A DNA stretch of 64,000 nucleotides from the human T2T-CHM13v2.0 reference genome, Homo sapiens. The translations under genes were made by a program, and so were the position numbers. This document shows, piece by piece, positions 55,065-64,000 of the stretch (position 1 is the stretch's first letter; every line of letters begins with the position of its first letter). The notes below the pieces were generated by a model. The model was not told the DNA's origin, did not search any database, and saw only the letters and a list, made by a program, of their open reading frames with translations. The stretch lies in the NCBI RefSeq assembly GCF_009914755.1, contig NC_060937.1. One strand, written 5' to 3'.

Positions 55065-57629
55065 TTAAAGAGCATTTATGTAAAAAAGTACCAAAGATAA
55101 GACTATACATTTCCAGAAATTCACTAGTTGTTTTTCTTTAAGACGATGAGCACTTCATATAAGCCATATAATAATAAAAACAGGCAGAGAACGACAGTGA
55201 AGTGCTTTAATTAGCTTAAATGTAATTGACAATGAACCATTTAAAAAGAATATCCTTTTCATAGGTGCAGTTATCAGGGATGCTAACATCCCTGATTACT
55301 AACACTATCAACTGAGCATTATAATCAAAATCAGAGAGAGTAGACTACTACTAAGCTATGGAGTAAGTTAAACAGTAACATGTAATTCATTAGTTCTGAA
55401 AGGACTAATTCTGGAAAACAAGCATATCTCCTTAGCATCTTGTATCTTTTCCTCCACCTTTCACCCCACTCTTCCTCTCTTCAGTTTTACTGAATTATAT
55501 CCACATCCTTTAGCTTGTTCCTAGTAAAACAGAAATTCCTCCAGGGAGTGCTCCCTTTCAGATGTTATTAGGTCGAGTTTGGTGGAACTTGATTCTTCTA
55601 CTTGCATTAATAAATGAGCATTATGAATGTTTGGAATGAGAAAGAAGGAAAGGGGGTGCAAAAATTAGAGGCTTTAGATAACAAAGCTAAACTTCACCTA
55701 TTGAAAAGACATCATTATTTTGTCTAGGATTAGAGTTAATTATAATCATTTGCTCTTATCATGTGCCTTTACCTCTCTTTCTCCAAACACTTATTTCATA
55801 ACTATGTTTGTCAAGTTGTTAAGGGTAATGACCCTATTTTATCATCAAGGGGGTGGGGGATCAAGACCAAAACAAAACAGATGTTCTAAAAACTGCAGGA
55901 AATTGTCTTTGTCAGAATCACTGAATACGTGATTTTTGACTTGGACAGTATCTATTACAATTGAAATAGAAAAAATGCAGAGCCCGACTGTGGGTCTCTT
56001 GGTGGCTGCTTCTTCCAATTTATCTAAATTTACTGATCCTGAGTGGATAAATGAGAGTCAAGTTAATTAATGAAAATGGTTGAAACGATCAGTTCAAGCA
56101 CACAGTTTAGTAGACTCATTACATAAATCTATGTAAACAGAGGTCGATTCAGATTGCTGTTGTAGCCACTAAGCAGCGGTCTTTTTAATTTGAATGCAGG
56201 CATATTTGAATATTTGCAGTGGTGGGTGGGGTGGGTAGATGTATCTTGGTTAACAATTTCTGCATATGAAATCAAAAGGAACATTTTTTAAAGTTCATTT
56301 TAAAAACCAGCAAAATACATAGCACCAGACATTTAGGACAAATAATTTACTAGCTCAGGAATGTTCACGCTATATAAATATACTAATGTCAACAAAGTAA
56401 GGCACCAAATTAAAAATCCAAACTTGAACAGTTATTGCATGAGGCAAGACTATGAGCAAGAATGGGGAAGGAGACAAGAAGAGCTTCAGTTAGAGATATT
56501 TACCTGTGGTTTAGCATCTTGTCAGAGGCCTACAGCAGAAAGGCTGGCCCAGGGCAAGGCAATTTCACCCTCTCTGGTGTCAGTCTTCCTTCATATCCCT
56601 TTCCTTTCTCATTTTCCCCCTTCCCTTCCCTGACACTCTACTGGTGGCCAAGGAAATAAGAGGCAAATGTCTGAATCCTTTTTAGACCATGGCTCCTTTG
56701 ATCTTTAATTGTAAAGACAAATGTGAATTAGTTGACCAGGGTTTCTAAAATGTGTTGCCTGTAATATATAGAAAACTTCTGATTTTATCACCTCCCTACC
56801 TGCAGCCATCCTTCTCAACCTAACTCTCTTAGAAAAGTTCTTCAAGTACAGGAAACAGAGAGATCCACAGAGGTCCTTTGAAATGTTTTCATTTTTTTAC
56901 ATGCTAATCTGATATTTTATCCTTTTGTTATTTAATACATTAAGTTTATTGATCATATTACAATGAAATGTTTGGGGTTTTTTTTGTTGTTGACAGCCTT
57001 TAAGTTTACAGAAGTCATCAAGATACGGAAAGACAAACAGAAAAAGAAGAAAGAGAAATTAATGGTGAAATAGTCATATCCATTAATTAATAAAGGATAA
57101 ACTAACAGAAAAGCAGAAAGAGAAGTTCGCAATTGTGCACACTGAAAGTTAACTTTGACTAAACCTATGTACAGAATTTTTAAAATTTTTATATTTAATA
57201 AAATTTTAAGATTTATTGACTTCTCTCACCACTTCTGTCATTTGATCTATGTATAGAATTTTAAAAATTCTATAACAATTATATACTTATTTCAGAATAA
57301 AATTTTAATATATTACTATTAGTTTTCAAAGATCTATATATCTACATTTAAGAGGTCTCTGCAGAACATTCTTTTTGTTTCATTGCACACTTCCCAGTGT
57401 TTACACATGCACATTCAGTCTTGAATGATGACTCATTAACTATTGATGGGTCCTGGCATTCTAGGGCTTCCCAGTTGTTAGCTCAGTGTATTCTTAACTA
57501 AATCGTTTAATGAAAACACTGACATGTAATGAATCTGGCATCTCCCATGATACACATGCAACTTTTGTAATAATAATAAAGACAGGCATTTGCACTATTA
57601 CATAAAATCCTGTGACTTGAAAAGGTGTA

Positions 57630-57969
<340 letters not shown>

Positions 57970-58099
57970 CTATTAAACAGTTACACATTAAAATATACTA
58001 ATACATAATATGCACGTATTAAAAGCACAAAAATAGTTATGTTTAAGAAGTCAATATAATTATTTGTTATACAAGCCCCAAATGGAGTAAGCATACTTT

Positions 58100-58233
58100 T
58101 TTTATTTTACTTTATTTTATTTTATTTATTTGTTTATTTAGGCCAGGATGCTCTTGATCTCCTGACCTTTTGATCCACCCACCTCAGCCTCCCAAAGTGC
58201 TGGGATTACAGGTGTGAGCCACCACGCCCGGCT
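58100..58233 (-). mobile_element. Internally deleted Alu (first about 95 nt plus tail)
   Basis: TSD gtaagcatacttt at 58087-58099 and 58234-58246. Confidence 0.9.
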
Positions 58234-58621
58234 GTAAGCATACTTTAGATTTTAGTCACTACAGTTCCAAACTTTAAAGTTTAATTTAAAAGAAATGCAT
58301 ATATTTATAAAGACACACACACACACACACACAAATTAAATACACATTAGAATGATGCAGGAAAACAATGTGATTAAAATGTCTATGGAATGTATTCATC
58401 TCAGAATTGAAACTTATCATCATTTAGTCTAAATATACAGATGAGAACACAGACTCCTCAATTTTAGGATTTAGCTCACACAAAATCAGAATCACTGTGC
58501 TGACCGTGGTGAGTCAGGGATTAGGAAGATCTCAGCAATCTCTTGGATTCAGTGTCTATGCTGGCTCAAGTTAACATTTGCTTTGGAGAAACTAAGTTAG
58601 AGATACACAAGTAAGAGATAA

Positions 58622-58944
<323 letters not shown>

Positions 58945-58994
58945 AAACAATGTTTTTATAAGTGCTCAAGCAGGATAATACTACTGATAACAGA

Positions 58995-59440
58995 TTTATA
59001 GGCTAGAAAAAGATGTTTTTGGAGCTCAAAGTTCTAAACTTTGTCTTGTTACCATTTATTATGTGACTGGAAAAGTCATCAACCTCTGATCCTCAGTATC
59101 TTCATTTATAAAATCAGAATAATGACTCTTGCTGTATTTATATTTCCTCGTGGTTATAAACTTAAACTACTGCACTAGTACTATTACTATTAGTACTATT
59201 ATTACTAATTACTACTATAATACTAATTCCACCAATAATTGAAGCTTTCTATATGCCAAAACTTTGTGACTTACTTTTCACACCTCGTAGCTGTATCAAA
59301 ACCTTCTCAATAGTCCTGTCAGATAACTATTCTGATTTTCTTCTCACCTCAGAGTGATTAAATAACTTGCCAGAAGTCACACAGCTATTAAGAGCTTGCA
59401 TGGAAATTTGTATCCAGATCTGACTCCACACTTCATTTTA
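58995..59440. mobile_element. Two tail-to-tail MIRs separated by a (TAC/TAT)n low-complexity tract
   Basis: Plus-strand MIR core at about 59080 (aacctctgatcctcagtatcttcatttataaaat); minus-strand core at about 59355 (attaaataacttgccagaagtcacacagcta). Confidence 0.6.
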
Positions 59441-59809
59441 GATCAATTATATCTTGTTTTCTCTGATGTATTATATGTATATTCATATACAATATCAACA
59501 TATAATACAAATTATCTCTATAACATAGATATATTATTCATTTTATATACACACAGACATACACTTATGCTGTGAATTCTGAAATGCAATACCAAGGCTC
59601 TCTTTTCTTTGTTTTTTAATTTCAAAGCCTAATGAATAAAACAAAGTAGGTATTTAATCAACATTTGGGGAAAATAAATGGATATAACAGAGGTAAAGGT
59701 AACTAAGACAATTTTGAGTGAACTGTTCATTAACAAGTATGTCAGCAATAACAGTGGCTATTTAAACCCTCCTCATCTTCAAGATTATGTTACTAAAAAT
59801 TACTCTAGA

Positions 59810-60210
59810 AGACACATATTGTATGACACTACTTATATGTGGAAGATTTTTTAAAAAGTTGAATTCATAGGAACAGAGAGGAATGGTGGCTGCCAGAGGC
59901 TGGGGTGTCAGAGAAAAGAGGAGATACTGGTCAAAGGGTACAAATTTGCAGATAGAAGAAGAAGAAATTCTTAGGACCTAATATACAGCATGGTGACTAC
60001 AGTTAATAATACTGTACTGTATACTTGAAATTTTCTAAGAGTGTAGAACTTATGCATTCTCACAAAAAAAAAAAAACTATGTAAGGTGATGAATGTATTA
60101 ATTAATTGTGGTAAACATTTCACTATGTACATGTATGTTAAATCAGCACATATACTTTAAGTATATAAAGTTTAATGTGTCAATTAGACCTCAATAAAGC
60201 TGAAAAAATT
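59810..60210 (+). mobile_element. L1MB/MA-type 3' end
   Basis: aatggtggctgccagaggctgggg...atacagcatggtgactacagttaataatactgta...cctcaataaagctg. Confidence 0.88.
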
Positions 60211-62347
60211 ATTCTACAAAAAAAAACATGGATTTTTTTTTTCAATCATTTAGGTTCAATTCTAGGTACAAGGTTGACTGATAGAAAAGCAGCTATTTTC
60301 AATAAACGAGGGCTGAAATCTAACCCTGCAGTCCAGGTAAAAGGACAGAGAAAAGATTCATTTAAAAATCACATATGAGTACTACTTTTCAAAGGATGAA
60401 CATATTATTTTCCAAATTTAAATCTTCCAAAAAGCTATTCTGTAATTTCCTATCAAAACAAGATAACAATACTTTGCCATATTTCCCTTGACTTTGTGTA
60501 ATAATAATGATGATGATAATCAAATAGTGACATTCAAAAATAACAATTTTTTTTTTTTTGCAGAGTTCAGGAGAAGGGTGCAGGAGGTATTAGAAAAGAT
60601 GCACATAGGTCTTATATCTCATCAAAGCATGAATTTCCAACTCATTAAAACACTCCATTCTCTGCCCTAATCTCTCAAAGAGCATTCAGCTGAATGAAAA
60701 GCTGCTGACATTCGTGCCAGTTCACAGCTAGAATGACATGGCTGGGGGACAGGAGATGCTGCAGTTTCCATTATCCATTGAACACCTTGGCAATTCTTAA
60801 TTCATCCTGTGAATGTGATACTTACTCTTGTACTGCTCTGGCTATGGAAAGGGCCGTAGATCCAGTTTCATTAACGCTATCTAAGGTCACATTTGGCAGG
60901 TCATCATCATCACTGTCACTTTTACTTTGTCTGGGAGATAGGCCTCGGGGGTCCATTTGTGCTGGAGAGAAAAGGCATATATAATGAATTAAAATCAGTG
61001 CGCAGAAAGTTAACCTTGTCCTGGACCAACATCAAGTATGGAACTTCTGTGCATATCATGCAAATGGAATTCTCTAGACATCACAGGAATCAGTGAAAGC
61101 TCCAGGTTTTATGTTCTGAGTACTTACTGATTCTTTTTCCCTTCATTGGAGTTACAAAACCTAAACCAGCTCTCAAGAATTTCAGGGTATGGTTATAGAA
61201 TAGAAACTACGAAATCCACAATATTACCAACTCCTGAGTGGTCAAAAGCTGATAACGTAGCTCCTGAGCTACTGTTCAACCCTCTGGTTTCTCCTCCTCC
61301 TTGCTTCTGCTGCCAGAGCTCTGGCCATTTCACTGCTCATTAGCACTCTCCCTGGAAGGTAGAGAGCATGCGGAAAGGAGATATTAGTTGCTTATAGCTC
61401 TCATAATAAGTTAAAAGAACAGGGCTTGCGTGACTAAAAGAAAGTATACGTATTTTTCTTACTTCAGTGAATCACTGTTTCCAAGTTCATTACTACTATA
61501 AGGTGGGATTTGAAGGCATAAAAATGGCAGAAGTGGTAGCATTTTAGAAATCTTGTTTATATGTGCTAACAGTGCTCTTGAACTCTATCCTGTTTTACTT
61601 TTCCAGATATGATTCTTCTCCAATCGTGAATTTGCCAAAGCAGGAAACGGCACAATGTTCTGACCCCTGTTGACCAAGACTATCAGATCTTTCAAATGAG
61701 AGGGTTACTTACTGTCAACATATGTTAACACATATTTTTAAAAATTACATTTCATTTCCATCTCCTTCTCCCTGTGAAGAGATTTAGCAACCACTGCCCA
61801 GAATTTCTATCAGCCCTCGCTTCACGCACAAACTAGGCATATCTTTTCAATGAAAAGTACCACATGAGCTACACACCCACACTGTTAAATTGTATGGCTG
61901 CCTAAGATTTCTAAAACCACCACTGCTTGCGGGGGAAGGCAAAATGCAGGTGAAATCATGGTCATAATGACATTTGGGTACATTTCATAATTTCATTTTT
62001 TTGGTCTCAAATCACTTTTTTTGGTTACTGTGTATCATACATTACACCGAACCACATGGAATTGCTGAGAATGTACCATTTTTACCCACGAAATGGCAAC
62101 TTCGGATGATTGTGTCTAATATTTACAGTCTGGCTAGAAAAACTATACCTAGACGGTTTCAACATATTTCATCACGTTTCTAACTACACTTGGTTAGGAA
62201 AGAATTTACATCTAGTGAACCTCGTGTGCACCCGTGTATTTGATACACATCCTGACTTTAAATATAAATATACCAAAACGTGCTTTGCACAATGGAAGTG
62301 TTTGGTAAATACTAAATTTAAAAGAAGATAATTCAAATAATATAAAG

Positions 62348-62578
62348 TAATGGTCCTCAACCAAGGGCAAATTTGCCTCCCAAGAGACACCTGGCAACAT
62401 CCAGAGACATTACTGATTGTCACAACTTGGGGCGGGGGATAGGGAGGGTGCTACTGGCATCTAGTGGGCAGACGCTAAGGATATTGTAGACATTCCACCA
62501 TGCACAGGACAGTCAGCCTCTCACAGCAAAGACTGAACCAGTCCAAAATGGCAGAAGTACCCAGGTTGAGGAACTGAT
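62348..62578. mobile_element. MER20 (hAT-Charlie) DNA transposon
   Basis: gtcctcaacc...ttgtcacaact...gtgctactggcatctagtgggcaga...gttgaggaac. Confidence 0.9.
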
Positions 62579-62984
62579 CTAGGGATTTAAGAGTCTGGAC
62601 ATAAAAACGTGTCACAGTTTATGACTTTCAGTTCCTATGCAACTATGCTCTCATTTCAACATGGCTAACAAGGAAATTGTCACATACCAGATTATCCATA
62701 TTTTCTGGCCTTGTCTTAAAAAAAAAAAAATCACTGTCATGTGACTCTGTACCTCCTCAAATGTTAGGAATTAGGCAATAATATTCATTAAGAGCTTTTG
62801 AATATTTTCTTTGTACCACCAGCTATGAGACAAAAAGACTGTTTGTTTTCCATCTGATCTCTGGAGGAGATCCACTAGAAGAGGGATGTTGGAGAAACTG
62901 TAGGGCAAAGCAACCAGTTCCATCACTATCTGGTAACAGACAGCTTAACTACCCAGTCACTCGAAGGGCACTTGAAGGAACCAT

Positions 62985-63150
62985 TATCATTTAAGATTTA
63001 TTTTCGCTGTAGGCAACAGAAATTGGCTCAGGCTAACTTATATTAAAAGGGATGTACTGGAAAGATAATGGGCAGCTCACAGAATGGAAGGTCAAGATGA
63101 ACAACCAACACTAAAGGAACGTAGGATCCAGGAATGACTTTGTGTAATAA
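62985..63150. mobile_element. MLT1-like (MaLR) LTR fragment
   Basis: gcaacagaaattggctcaggctaactta...aaaggga...ctggaaagat...gcagctcacagaat. Confidence 0.45.
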
Positions 63151-64000
63151 TATGAATTCAGCTAGGAACTCATAGATAGCTTCTTTTGGGGCAATCCTGT
63201 TCTAGAATGATTCATTTAACAGCCATTCACAACTATTCAAAGCCAGCCAAGAAAATGAATATCAGATCTATCTAAGCTTCCAAATCACATATTGTATGGT
63301 GTTGCATACACCTGTAAATGTCAAAAATTTAACATTTAAAGTTGTTGAAACATCATGCACTACGATGCCTTTGCCAAGATACCAAATTTGCAAACAGCCA
63401 AGAAAAAAGAAAATATTCTGATAGTACCATTTTGTCCAAGACAACTAGAGCTCTTATAGTAAGTAATACAACTCAAGGAAGATAGAGGCAGTTAACCATG
63501 AGCAATCTGGCTCTGAAAGTTAAAGTCTAATTGTATGAAAGATTCCAAAACCTTGTGTGAGAGTTGTTACATGATCATCTAATTATGTTATGTTTGTATC
63601 TTAATGAAAGTTTAAAATATGTTAAATATGATATCTTTTTGATGTACTTTTCAGGAGCATAATTGAGGATTTCTTTCCAATATTTTCAATAAATATTATG
63701 AAATACATCTGCTACCATCATGCTGGGAAAATCTTTTTACCCATACCTTCAGCCAAGCTGAGGAAGTAATTAGAAAGGCTTTTCAAAATCTGCATTGCTG
63801 ATTAGGTCAGATGATTAGCTTATCTGCATACTTGCATAATTCCACTCTATTTTTATTAAATGTAGAATAGGGACATCAACCCTAGTTAACCTCCATCAGT
63901 CTTTGAGCATCTCAGCCCATTTAGGAAGGACTGATTCTCTGGCATGCCCATTTAAAGACCAAAGAAAGTTATCTGGACACCAGAAACAAAAAAATATCAG

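Noticed and set aside
63876-63887. tcaaccctagtt matching the 31.9/34.0-kb duplication
   Set aside because: Only 12 bp, with no flanking similarity; compatible with chance.

Overview
AT-rich primate (most likely human) non-coding DNA, intronic or intergenic. I cannot support any protein-coding exon, RNA gene or CpG island, and I could not identify the locus. Much of the window is interspersed repeats: about 22 Alu/FLAM copies (many with readable target-site duplications, TSDs), L1 3' fragments, old L2 and MIR remnants, ERV LTRs (LTR33-, MER34/39-, MER21-, LTR16-like), and DNA transposons (Tigger1 with recognisable transposase peptide, MER20, MER91). The rest is microsatellites and unique sequence. 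The ORF track mostly reflects Alu, L1 and Tigger1 read-through or chance frames. The repeat annotation leaves several things unexplained: (i) short AT-rich segments without the usual CpG depletion (about 4.1-4.3, 12.4-12.7 and 62.0-62.3 kb), each overlapping an ORF or exon-like structure; (ii) local templated duplications and fold-back inversions (559-602; 26471 copied to 27784; 28741-28810; 31913 and 33987); (iii) a repeat-free, motif-dense island at about 30.0-30.4 kb with alternative stem-loops; (iv) a (GGGA)10(GGAA)17 tract. Repeat subfamilies were called by eye from remembered consensus sequences, and boundaries of old elements are approximate.
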